Shown here: positions 51,926-60,405 of the stretch, piece after piece
Numbering within the stretch: position 1 is the first letter of the stretch
Layout of the letters: each line of letters starts with the position of its first letter
From: Candidatus Hadarchaeum yellowstonense
GTDB lineage: Archaea; Hadarchaeota; Hadarchaeia; Hadarchaeales; Hadarchaeaceae
Direction: 5' to 3'
Length of the DNA: 64,000 bases
Assembly: GCA_001515205.2 (NCBI GenBank)
Contig: LQMQ01000007.1
Location: 6,028 to 70,027, forward strand
The notes under the pieces: model-generated
The model's input: the letters and a program-made list of their open reading frames with translations, nothing else
Told to the model about the DNA's origin: nothing
Database searches by the model: none
Translations under genes and position numbers: made by a program

Positions 51926-54353
51926 ATCTATCCAGCCCCACCTGCCGCTGCCTCTCAAATTTCAGGTCAATTTCGCGGTATCCCAGCACTTCCATAATTC
52001 TCATGACCGCGGGAAGGACCTGGTGGCCCACGTAGTAATCAGGATCATATTCCCTGCCCTTGAAATCCTCCACCGGCACCGCTCTCTCGCTGATGCTTCC
52101 CGGGCCCTTGACCTCAACGTAAGCAATCATCATGCCTGGCTCAATCTCATGTCCCAGCTCCCTGAGGCGCTTTGCCGCCACCACGTGGGGCCCTATCGCC
52201 TTGTAGCTCTCGATGGGCATCTTGAGCTGGGTGTAGATGATCAGATCCTCGAGGTTCACCCGGCCCTCATAAACATCACGCGTGGTCTTCCTGATGATCT
52301 CTGCGGCCTTCTCGGGAGAGCCATCACGCAGGATCGCCTTCAGCACCTCCTCCTGTGTCTTCTTGGCTATCGCTGCCCAGTCCCTGCGAACGAATTCCAG
52401 CCCCTTGACGACCATGCGGCCTTCGTCATCGATCATGGCATAGCGCTTCTTCGTTATGAAAATGCCGCGGGGATAAAATCCCTCAAGCTCCAGCTCCATG
52501 ATGCCCGGCAGGCTGTCGTTGACTTTTTTCAGAAAAGCTAGGGCCTCCTCGCGCGTCTTGCCATTCAGCTTACAGTGCAAGCTGTCGGTGTCCCCGTAGA
52601 CGACCTCGAGGCCAAACTCCCTCGCCATATCAATGGTCTTATGGATGTAGTGTCTGCCGAAGCTGGTCACGCTCTCGGCACACTCTTTGGAGTACCACCG
52701 GGCCCGGGGATAGCCCAACATACCGTAGAAAGAGTTGGCGACTATCTTCATGGCCCATTGCCGGGCGTCGAGGGCACGGTATTCCTTGGTGCCCCGGACC
52801 AGCTTTTTGAGCTCCGCCTTCAGCTTCATCCTCTCCTCAATGATCCGCTGAAGGGTTGCAGGGATGAACCCCTTCCGGCGCCGGCAGAAGTAATACTCCA
52901 AACCCGGCACTTGCTCCCTTTCCCCCGGCTTGCAGTCCTTGCAGTTCAGAGTGGAGGGATCGATGTTGTGGGTGACGATAATTGAGGGATACAGGGAGCG
53001 GAAGTCGAAAACGACCAAGTTCTCGTGAAGTCCTTTGACGGGCTCCATTACATAGGCGCCGACAAAAGTTTCCTCCATCCTCTCCTCGTATTCCTCCCCC
53101 ACGGGTCTGCCGGGGACCAACTCGCCGATCCTGTGTGCCTCGGCCACGAGCAGCCATTCCACCAGCTGGCCCGGGGTCATCCTCTGCACATCAAAAAGCG
53201 TCTGACCAACAACACGCGTCAGCCCCAGAAAGAGAGGCAGCAGCTCCAGCCCCACCTCCAGTGTGGCATCGGCATCGGACATGGAATATTCCAAAAACTT
53301 GCGGCCCGCATCGCCTCCCTTTTCCCAAGCGTCCACCATCTCGGTGAACTCAAAGTCTGGCTTCTCCTTTCCGAGCAGGTGGCGGTAGACATCGGCCAGC
53401 GAGTAATGAATCAGCTTGATCGACCCGATGGTGGCGAGAAAATCCACCATCGCAAAAACATCAACGTGAATGCGGCCGCGTATCTTAGACGCAGTCGCAA
53501 ACCTGCGCTTGCGCACCACCAGCTCGGAGCCGTCGCGCCCCAGATCAAGCTTTACCTTCAGCTGCTTGGCTCGGCTGCGAATGTAGGGCAGGTCGAAAAG
53601 ATCTGTGTTGTATCCCAGCAGGATGTCGACATCCCTCTCCTTCACCAAGTCAACGAACCTCTTTATCATCTCCCGCTCGCTGCCCACAACCTCAACATAT
53701 TCCTGACTTCTCTCAAAATTCTTCCAGGTGATGACCTTTCTCAGCCCGTTGTTGTCGGCCAAGCTGATCATGATTATCGGATCCTTGTCCGGCCTGACGC
53801 TTCCTGTGGGATTGTAGACCTCGATATCAAAGCTCATAATATTCAGCTTGGGCTCCTCCACCTGAGCCGGCCTCGGCGGGGAGTCCAAGATTACTGTTTT
53901 GATCCCCTGTCTCTCCTCAATTCTACCGTCAAACTCAACGCCCGCCATCGGGGTTAGTCCACGATCAATAAGGTAGCGCCTTGCCGGGGGGATATCGAAC
54001 TCGTAGATTTCTCTGACCCCCGGCAGCTCTCGAATCTTGTGCCGCAACTTGGAGGAATCCTTTGCCTGGTAAAAGGAGACCTTTATCGCTTCGACTTCGT
54101 TCCCTAGAAAGGTCCTTTTAACTATCTCAACTCCCTTGGGCCTGATGCTAACACCGTCTTCCTCCACCTCCACCTTCTCGATGAGCTTGCTGGCCTTGGC
54201 GGGGTGATCTGAAACAACATAAAAATACTCCTCAAAATCAGGGTCGATGGCCACCAATACTTCTGAGCCAGTTTTCACGAATAGCCTTATGCTGGGTTTC
54301 TCCTCCTCTTCAGCATAATCAACGTCCAGCAACAGGCCCTTCATCGACATCAC
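51915..54353 (-). CDS. polB: Family-B DNA polymerase
   Basis: 812 aa with Exo I MSFDIEVY, Exo II YNTDLFDLPY, Exo III YSMSDADAT, Pol A DFRSLYPSII, Pol B KIVANSFYG and Pol C VYGDTDS. The motifs are contiguous, with no intein-sized insertions. Confidence 0.95.
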   Translation of the reverse strand: MMSMKGLLLDVDYAEEEEKPSIRLFVKTGSEVLVAIDPDFEEYFYVVSDHPAKASKLIEKVEVEEDGVSIRPKGVEIVKRTFLGNEVEAIKVSFYQAKDSSKLRHKIRELPGVREIYEFDIPPARRYLIDRGLTPMAGVEFDGRIEERQGIKTVILDSPPRPAQVEEPKLNIMSFDIEVYNPTGSVRPDKDPIIMISLADNNGLRKVITWKNFERSQEYVEVVGSEREMIKRFVDLVKERDVDILLGYNTDLFDLPYIRSRAKQLKVKLDLGRDGSELVVRKRRFATASKIRGRIHVDVFAMVDFLATIGSIKLIHYSLADVYRHLLGKEKPDFEFTEMVDAWEKGGDAGRKFLEYSMSDADATLEVGLELLPLFLGLTRVVGQTLFDVQRMTPGQLVEWLLVAEAHRIGELVPGRPVGEEYEERMEETFVGAYVMEPVKGLHENLVVFDFRSLYPSIIVTHNIDPSTLNCKDCKPGEREQVPGLEYYFCRRRKGFIPATLQRIIEERMKLKAELKKLVRGTKEYRALDARQWAMKIVANSFYGMLGYPRARWYSKECAESVTSFGRHYIHKTIDMAREFGLEVVYGDTDSLHCKLNGKTREEALAFLKKVNDSLPGIMELELEGFYPRGIFITKKRYAMIDDEGRMVVKGLEFVRRDWAAIAKKTQEEVLKAILRDGSPEKAAEIIRKTTRDVYEGRVNLEDLIIYTQLKMPIESYKAIGPHVVAAKRLRELGHEIEPGMMIAYVEVKGPGSISERAVPVEDFKGREYDPDYYVGHQVLPAVMRIMEVLGYREIDLKFERQRQVGLDRFMK

Positions 54354-54481
54354 AAGAATTTGGGGCGCTCGGAATAAAGACTTTTAATTTTTCCAACGAT
54401 TTCTTCAACGGCTGAATCGCGGGGGCAGAGGGCTCAAAAAGGTTTAAATCCTGACACAAAGTTTTATTCTCAGTGATTTGA

Positions 54482-55534
54482 ATGCCCATACCAAAATATG
54501 TTGGTTCCATGAGGGGAAAGGATTTTATCAACACTCAGGACTTCAGCCAAGCGCAGATAAAAAAGATCCTCGACGCTGCTGATGACCTGAAGAAAAAGTT
54601 CAAGAAGAGAACACCGACACCATACCTTCCCGGCAGGACGCTCTTCATGATCTTCTACAACCGCTCGCTCCGCACGCGCAACTCCTTCGAGGCGGGAATT
54701 TACCAGCTGGGAGGACATGCCCACTTCCTCAGCCCTCAGGACCTCTACACGCCGACCCTGCCCGAGGACATGGTTCCCTACGCCACCGAGGCGATATCAG
54801 ACGTGGCCCGGGTCCTGAGCCGCTACGGCGACGCCATTGCCATCAGGATCTACGGCGACGCGGCCAAGTGGACCATCGGCCGCGGGCACCGAGTCGTACA
54901 GGAGTTTGCCAAATGGGCCGATATTCCTGTGTTGAACATGGAGGACGACATGCACCATCCATTCCAAGCCTTGGCCGACATGCAGGCGGCGCGGGCGGTG
55001 GAACCGAAACTGGAGGGCAAGAAATTCGTTGTCTCCTACGCCTACTCCGGAGGCCTGAAGCCCCTCGCCGTCCCGCAGAACGAGGTGTTGATCACAACCC
55101 AAATGGGAATGGACGTGGTGCTGGCCCACCCCAAGGGCTTTGAGCTTGAGGACAGCATCATCAAAAGCTGCCAAGAAAACGTGGAGAAATACGGCGGAAG
55201 TTTTGAGATCTGCAATGACATGGAAGAGGCCTTTGAGGGAGCCGACTTCGTTTACCCCAAGGCCTGGTCGCCAAAACAGTTTGTGCCGCCCTACAACCCG
55301 ACCGTTGACAAGGAGGGGGCCTCAGCCTACCAGGCAAAGTTCAAGAACTGGATAACCACCATGGAACTGCTGGACAAGACCAACAAGGCCTACTACATGC
55401 ACTGCGGCCCGGCCGACCGGGGACAGGAGGTCACCGACGAGGTCCTTGACACCTACGAGCGCTCGCTCTACTTTGAGCAGGCAGAAAACAGGTTGCACGT
55501 GCAGAAGGCAGTAATGGCCATGGTAATGCCTTAG
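54482..55534 (+). CDS. Carbamoyltransferase of the OTC/ATC superfamily, YgeW-like (knotted type)
   Basis: 350 aa with NRSLRTRNSFE (SxRTR), HHPFQALADM (HPxQ) and YMHCGPADRG. It lacks the OTC SMG loop and the ATC RxQxER motif. It has SYAYSGGLKPLAVPQ, GMDVVLAHPKGFEL and GGSFEICNDMEEAFEGADFVYPKAWSP, which resemble E. coli YgeW as I recall it. Confidence 0.65.
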   Translation: MPIPKYVGSMRGKDFINTQDFSQAQIKKILDAADDLKKKFKKRTPTPYLPGRTLFMIFYNRSLRTRNSFEAGIYQLGGHAHFLSPQDLYTPTLPEDMVPYATEAISDVARVLSRYGDAIAIRIYGDAAKWTIGRGHRVVQEFAKWADIPVLNMEDDMHHPFQALADMQAARAVEPKLEGKKFVVSYAYSGGLKPLAVPQNEVLITTQMGMDVVLAHPKGFELEDSIIKSCQENVEKYGGSFEICNDMEEAFEGADFVYPKAWSPKQFVPPYNPTVDKEGASAYQAKFKNWITTMELLDKTNKAYYMHCGPADRGQEVTDEVLDTYERSLYFEQAENRLHVQKAVMAMVMP

Positions 55535-55551
55535 GCACCCTGACGCTGAAG

Positions 55552-55770
55552 TTAACCCCCGCCAACCAAGGGGAAAAAGGAGATGCCCTCCTTTACTTCA
55601 GCGAGCATCCTTTTGACCCTCTCGATGTCAGTGGCATCAACATAAATGCCGTCGATGATGACCGATTGCCCCTCGTAGAATTTTTTCTTTATGAGTTCTA
55701 GGGCTTCCTCTACAGTTAGCTCCTGAATTACATGACCGCCCTCAAGAACCTTAACCTTGTCCATTCTCAT
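55552..55770 (-). CDS. MoaD/ThiS/SAMP-like ubiquitin-fold protein ending in Gly-Gly-Gly
   Basis: 72 aa: MRMDKVKVLEGGHVIQELTVEEALELIKKKFYEGQSVIIDGIYVDA...EVKEGISFFPLVGGG. The C-terminus parallels E. coli MoaD ...DGDEVAFFPPVTGG. The ATG directly abuts the TAA of the 2Fe-2S subunit gene. Confidence 0.6.
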   Translation of the reverse strand: MRMDKVKVLEGGHVIQELTVEEALELIKKKFYEGQSVIIDGIYVDATDIERVKRMLAEVKEGISFFPLVGGG

Positions 55771-56247
55771 TTACCCTTTAGACATCTCAAGTGCCGCCGC
55801 CTTTATCGCCTTGATGATGTTGATGTAGCCGGTGCAGCGGCAGAGATGTCCCTTCAGGGCTTCCTTTATTTCTTCCACGGTCGGATTCGGATTAATGTCC
55901 AGCAGCCCCTTTGCCATTATGACTATTCCCGGAATACAGAAGCCACACTGAATCGCGCCGTGCTTTACAAAAGCCTCTTGGATCGGATGTAGTTTTCCGT
56001 TGGTCGCTAGGCCCTCTACGGTCGTGATCTCCGCCCCGTCCACAGTGACGGCCAAGGTCAAACAGGAGAGCCTAGGCTCGTTGTTGATCAAAACCGTGCA
56101 AGCGCCGCAGTCGCCCGTCCCGCAGCCATATTTGGTGCCGGTGAGGCCCAACTTGTTCCTCAAAACATTCAAGAGAAGTTCATTGGGCTTAACGCTCAGC
56201 TCGCAATCCTTCCCGTTTACCTTTAACCTAATCTTTCTTTCCTCCAT
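55771..56247 (-). CDS. Xanthine-dehydrogenase-family small subunit, 2x[2Fe-2S]
   Basis: MEERKIRLKVNGKD, GCGTGDCGACTV, GAIQCGFCIPG and CRCTGY. I trimmed the start to ATG 56247, with GGTGA 6 nt upstream. Confidence 0.9.
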   Translation of the reverse strand: MEERKIRLKVNGKDCELSVKPNELLLNVLRNKLGLTGTKYGCGTGDCGACTVLINNEPRLSCLTLAVTVDGAEITTVEGLATNGKLHPIQEAFVKHGAIQCGFCIPGIVIMAKGLLDINPNPTVEEIKEALKGHLCRCTGYINIIKAIKAAALEMSKG

Positions 56248-56252
56248 AAAGA

Positions 56253-57089
56253 TCACCTTGCTTTCTCCCATGCCTCCCAAACCACTTTCGGGAAGAGATA
56301 CTTCGCCACCTCCCTGACGTACCAGTTGTCGGGGTCTATCTCCTCCACGACCGCGTCGCAGGCCTCCTCGATGGCTCTTTCGTTGAAAACCTTGCCCTCA
56401 AGCAGCTTCTCTGCCTTCTCCACTCTCTTGGCTACCTCCACGTCTCCGCCGATCGCTATCCTGCAGTGTTCACAGACATCTCCCCTCCGGCCGATGACAA
56501 CAGCAAACTTGATCTTCGTCTTGATCTCACCAAAGGCGGTACCATATCTGCTGTCAAGCACTGGGAGGTGAATTTCAGTAAGCAGCTCATCCGGGGCCAG
56601 CGATGTTTTGCGGTTGCCCACATACACCTTTTCTATGGGTATTGTTCTAGATCCTCGAGCACTGACCACTTTAACCCACGCGTTCAGCACCAAAAGCGGT
56701 GTTGCCGTGCTGGCAGTCGGAGCCGCACTGCAGATGTTCCCGCCGATGGTTCCCATCATCTTGATCTCAAGCTGGATGCTCTTCAGGGCTTCAAGGAGTA
56801 TCGGAAAAGACTGCAACAGCGGTGACTTGATCAGGTCAAAAAAGGTTGCGTTGGCACCCACCACGACTTCATTGCCCACCTTCGCTATTGAACGCAGCTC
56901 CGGTATTTTGCCGATGTAAATCAGATATTTGGGGTTCACCTTTTCGACTTTCATGTCCACGATCAGGTCTGAGCCACCGGCGAGCACCCTGGCCTCCTGG
57001 CCATACTTGGCCAGCAGGTTCACCGCCTCGTTAATTGTTCTGGGCTCAAAGTACTCGAACTCACTCGCCAATATTCTAGTGTTCACCAT
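56253..57089 (-). CDS. Xanthine-dehydrogenase-family medium subunit, FAD-binding (CoxM/XdhB-like)
   Basis: FEYFEPRTINEAVNLLAKYGQEARVLAGGSDLIVDMK and MGTIGGNICSA. I trimmed the start to ATG 57089, with GGTGGTGA upstream. Confidence 0.85.
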   Translation of the reverse strand: MVNTRILASEFEYFEPRTINEAVNLLAKYGQEARVLAGGSDLIVDMKVEKVNPKYLIYIGKIPELRSIAKVGNEVVVGANATFFDLIKSPLLQSFPILLEALKSIQLEIKMMGTIGGNICSAAPTASTATPLLVLNAWVKVVSARGSRTIPIEKVYVGNRKTSLAPDELLTEIHLPVLDSRYGTAFGEIKTKIKFAVVIGRRGDVCEHCRIAIGGDVEVAKRVEKAEKLLEGKVFNERAIEEACDAVVEEIDPDNWYVREVAKYLFPKVVWEAWEKAR

Positions 57090-57090
57090 T

Positions 57091-59436
57091 TTACTCACCA
57101 CCTTTCTCCTTCAGAGCCTTTAGCACCCTTTCAGGCGTTATCGGAGTTTGTCTGATCCATACACCGATAGCGTTGTAAATTGCGTTGGCCACCACCGCAG
57201 GCACAGGGTTTATCGCCGCCTCGCCTATCCCCTTGGCTCCAAAAGGTCCGGTCTCCTCGTAGGTGCTGGCGAAGAAGACCTGGACGTCATCGGGGTTGGG
57301 CATGTCCGGGGCCTTGAGGATGTTGTACCCGGAGAGGAAACCCTTGTTGGTCAACTCACCCGTTTTTCTGTTGTATCTGGTGTCCTCATACAGCGCATAG
57401 CTGAGCCCGCGGTAAAAGCTGCCGTGAATCTGGGCAACCGCATAGATCGGGTCAATGACGGTGCCGCAGTCGGCGCCGACCACGGCCCGCACCGGCCTAA
57501 CCTCTCCTGTCCTCTTGTTCACCTCGACCTCAAGGAAGTAAACGGTATAGGCTGGCGGACACTGAGCTTGCCTGAGGCTATCCACGGCGGCGATCGTCCC
57601 CCAGTTCTTGTTCCTCGCGGTTGCTGCCACTTCCCTGATGGTTATCTCTTTGCCGCTGATCCCCTCGGCGTAAATTATTCCCTGTTTGCGTTTTTCATCA
57701 GGCCTGATCTTGAGGTACTGGGGATAGGTTCCCAGAATTCTCGAAGCATACTCCAGCAGTTTCTGTCTCACCTGTTCGGCAACCTTCTTCAGGGTTCCTC
57801 CGCCGACGTAGACTCCCCTGGTGGCGTGCAGACAGACATCATAAACCGAAGTACAGGTGTCGGTCGGTGCCAGTTCAACGCAGTCAAGAGGCACACCCAA
57901 TGTCTCAGCTACAATTCTCAACCCAGCTTCAAGAGCACCTCCGCCCATGTCCTGCAGCGATGCGATGACATCGACCGTCCCATCCTCGTTTATCTTTATC
58001 ATTGCCCCAGAGAAGTCGACCGCCTCGCCAGGCAGAGGGCCGCCAGCGCCTGAGGTGTGGAAACCGCGGGCCATCCCGATGCCCCTCACGATATCTCCCT
58101 TCTTTTCCTCAGGCCTGCCCCTGTTGCGCCAGCCGATCATTTCTGACCCTTTCTTGATGAGTTCTTCGACACCGCAGCTCCTGATCACCGATCTAACCGT
58201 CGGACCCTGTCCCCAGAAGACATCGCCGAGACCCACATAGTTTTTCAGTTCAACCTCAATGGGATCCAAGCCCAGCTTCTCCGCTATTTCATTCATCATT
58301 GTCTGGGCGATGAAGTTCACCTGCGGGTTCCCGAAGCCCTGCATGGCACAGGCGGGGGCCTTGTTCGTGTAGACTGCCTTGGCCGAGTACTTGATGTGCG
58401 GTATCTTGTAAAGGTCGACCAGCCATCCGGCCATGCAGCCGATGAGGGGATATGCTTGGATATTGTGCGCCCCGATGTCAACAACGACATCCATCTGCCC
58501 GGCAACGAGCCTGCCGTCCTTTTTGGCGCCAAGCTTGTACTTTATGATCATGGAATACCTGCAGTGGTCATACATGTCTTCCTCTCTGGTCGAAACCAGC
58601 TTGACTGGTTTCTTGGCCTTCAACGCGAGGGCAACGCAGATCGGCAGTATCGTGTTCATCTGGATGCTGGAACCGAAAGATCCTCCAAGAGCCACCTTCT
58701 TCACACAGACTTTGTTCAACGGGATGCCAAAGATTTCACCGATGAGAATCCGGCAGTTATGGATCGTCTGCGTTGTCGTCCAGATGGTAACCCCGCCGTT
58801 TGGCTCGGGAACACACACCGCTGATTTAGTTTCCAGCTGAGCGTGGTAAGGTCTGCCCAGCTTGGCCTCCCTCTCGATGACAATGTCTGCCTCCTGGAAT
58901 CCCTTCTCAACGTCCCCCTCGGCTATCTCCAATTTGGCAGCGATGTTGTTCTTTATCTCAACTACCTTGTCCTCGATAATTATGTGGTCATGCAAATTGG
59001 GTTTGCCCGGCTTCATCGCCACTATCGGGTCAAACACCGCCTCCAGGGGCTCGTACTCAACTTCTATCAATTTAAGCGCCTTTTCGGCTTTCTCCTCCGT
59101 CTCCGCCGCCACAGCGGCGATCGGCTCCCCCACATGCAATGGCTTCCCCGTAAGCACCGTCCTGTCCTTGAAGGTCGCCGAGGGAATGCTGACAATTCGC
59201 TCGTTGTACTTTATCTTCGGCGTTTCCTCAAAGGTGATACACACTGCACCCATGGCCTCGGCTTTGCTGGTGTCAATCCTCTTGACCCTGGCATGGGGAT
59301 AGGGGCTCCTCAGAACTCTGCCGTAGAGCATGCCGGGAACGACAACATCGGTGGTAAACTTCTCCTGTCCGGTAACCTTGGGAATCGCATCCTTTCGGGG
59401 GGCCGGCTTCCCTACTGTGTAAAATTGGCTCGACAA
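57091..59436 (-). CDS. Xanthine-dehydrogenase/aldehyde-oxidase-family large subunit, molybdopterin-binding
   Basis: GKPAPRKDAIPKVTGQEKFTTDV, GMLYGRVLRSPYPHARV, ALGGSFGSS and FGAKGIGEAAINPVPAVVANAIYNAIG (conserved catalytic Glu context). The track start TTG 59493 lies inside a TATA box. I use TTG 59436, preceded by AAGGTGA. Confidence 0.9.
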   Translation of the reverse strand: MSSQFYTVGKPAPRKDAIPKVTGQEKFTTDVVVPGMLYGRVLRSPYPHARVKRIDTSKAEAMGAVCITFEETPKIKYNERIVSIPSATFKDRTVLTGKPLHVGEPIAAVAAETEEKAEKALKLIEVEYEPLEAVFDPIVAMKPGKPNLHDHIIIEDKVVEIKNNIAAKLEIAEGDVEKGFQEADIVIEREAKLGRPYHAQLETKSAVCVPEPNGGVTIWTTTQTIHNCRILIGEIFGIPLNKVCVKKVALGGSFGSSIQMNTILPICVALALKAKKPVKLVSTREEDMYDHCRYSMIIKYKLGAKKDGRLVAGQMDVVVDIGAHNIQAYPLIGCMAGWLVDLYKIPHIKYSAKAVYTNKAPACAMQGFGNPQVNFIAQTMMNEIAEKLGLDPIEVELKNYVGLGDVFWGQGPTVRSVIRSCGVEELIKKGSEMIGWRNRGRPEEKKGDIVRGIGMARGFHTSGAGGPLPGEAVDFSGAMIKINEDGTVDVIASLQDMGGGALEAGLRIVAETLGVPLDCVELAPTDTCTSVYDVCLHATRGVYVGGGTLKKVAEQVRQKLLEYASRILGTYPQYLKIRPDEKRKQGIIYAEGISGKEITIREVAATARNKNWGTIAAVDSLRQAQCPPAYTVYFLEVEVNKRTGEVRPVRAVVGADCGTVIDPIYAVAQIHGSFYRGLSYALYEDTRYNRKTGELTNKGFLSGYNILKAPDMPNPDDVQVFFASTYEETGPFGAKGIGEAAINPVPAVVANAIYNAIGVWIRQTPITPERVLKALKEKGGE

Positions 59437-59492
59437 TCTTTCACCTTTTTTGTCATGCCTTTTTTGTTCCCGTGAGATAAACTTGGTTTGCA

Positions 59493-59501
59493 AATAAAAA
59501 C
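59493..59501 (-). promoter_or_regulatory. Candidate TATA box of the Mo-hydroxylase operon
   Basis: TTTTTATTT on the minus strand, about 60 nt upstream of TTG 59436. It would give a leader of about 35 nt carrying the AAGGTGA Shine-Dalgarno. Confidence 0.45.
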
Positions 59502-59532
59502 TTTGTGTTTTTCAAATAATTTTAAAAATTTC

Positions 59533-60405
59533 TTAAATAGCCCGGATCTCCTGCCTCATAAATTTGACGTAGGAAATGGCGAAGATGATGAGTGTGGCGG
59601 CTATCAGGGTTGTCGCGTGTGACCAGATCAGGAGCAGGCTCTGATCCAGCGGGAGCGGGTTTGCCACCATCCCATACAGCTTCTCTATCGACACGGGCCC
59701 TAGAATTCTCACCCAGGGATTAACCATCACGTATGATGCCTCAAGGAAAATGTAGCTCGGCGAAAGATAGAGCAGGGTTGAACTTCTCAGCGGCGAGGCA
59801 ATCATGTAGACAAAGAAGCTGAAAAACAGCCATACGGCTACCGAGGCGAGTGCCGAGGTGCCCTCACGCCTAAAGATTACAGAGAAGAGCAGCCCCAGAG
59901 CAACCCAAAAGGAGAGATAAACCACGCTCAAAAGGAGAAAAATCAGTATTCGACCTATTTCCTCAAGCGTCGGCAGAGTGCTCCAGGCCCGAATGGCCAG
60001 CCCCACCTGAATAAAGATCACACCAATCAGGGTAATGGTGATGGTCGCCACACCGGCCAAAAACTTGGCGTTTATCACTGAATCCCGGTGCACGGGCTGA
60101 GAGAGGACGTTGCCCAAGGTGCCGCTGGATATCTCCCGGTTGATTGTGTCAAAGGTAAAAATGAACCCGAGCAGGGGGGCCAAGTAAATAACCACCCACA
60201 GAAATGAAGGCAATCCCTGCGCCCCGATCACGAAAAGCTGAAGAAACACATACTCGCCCAATGTCCTCTGCAGTCCCAAGTTCTGCACCGCTCCATAGGT
60301 CATGAACAGGCCGAGCGCGTAGATGATGAAAAACAGGAGCCAGAACCTCTTGCTACCGAGGTTATCGGATAGCTCCTTAATGAAGATCTCCCGCGTCCCC
60401 GCCAT
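59533..60405 (-). CDS. ABC-2-type transporter permease
   Basis: 290 aa with six TM helices and a large first extracytoplasmic loop. There is a 1-nt start/stop overlap (TGATG) with the ATPase gene. Confidence 0.7.
   Translation of the reverse strand: MAGTREIFIKELSDNLGSKRFWLLFFIIYALGLFMTYGAVQNLGLQRTLGEYVFLQLFVIGAQGLPSFLWVVIYLAPLLGFIFTFDTINREISSGTLGNVLSQPVHRDSVINAKFLAGVATITITLIGVIFIQVGLAIRAWSTLPTLEEIGRILIFLLLSVVYLSFWVALGLLFSVIFRREGTSALASVAVWLFFSFFVYMIASPLRSSTLLYLSPSYIFLEASYVMVNPWVRILGPVSIEKLYGMVANPLPLDQSLLLIWSHATTLIAATLIIFAISYVKFMRQEIRAI

Noticed and set aside
53025-53957. Long antisense ORFs in the track: 53025-53957, 51903-52541, 57148-58053, 58843-59475, 41046-41717, 47252-47947, 27538-28209, 9445-10119 and 3437-3997.
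   Set aside because: Each lies entirely inside a strongly supported gene on the other strand. Their translations are Arg/Pro/Gly/His-rich and low in complexity with no motifs. They are typical shadow ORFs of GC-rich third codon positions.
51915-54353. Inteins or split organisation in the family-B DNA polymerase.
   Set aside because: The 812-aa protein has all exonuclease and polymerase motifs in normal spacing. No extra Cys/Ser...HN intein blocks were seen.
55771-59436. In-frame UGA (selenocysteine) or frameshifts in the Mo-hydroxylase genes, given the selenium link of the bacterial cluster.
   Set aside because: All three subunit ORFs are uninterrupted and of normal length, and no SECIS-like need arises. 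Any selenium involvement would be as a labile cofactor ligand, which cannot be read from the sequence.
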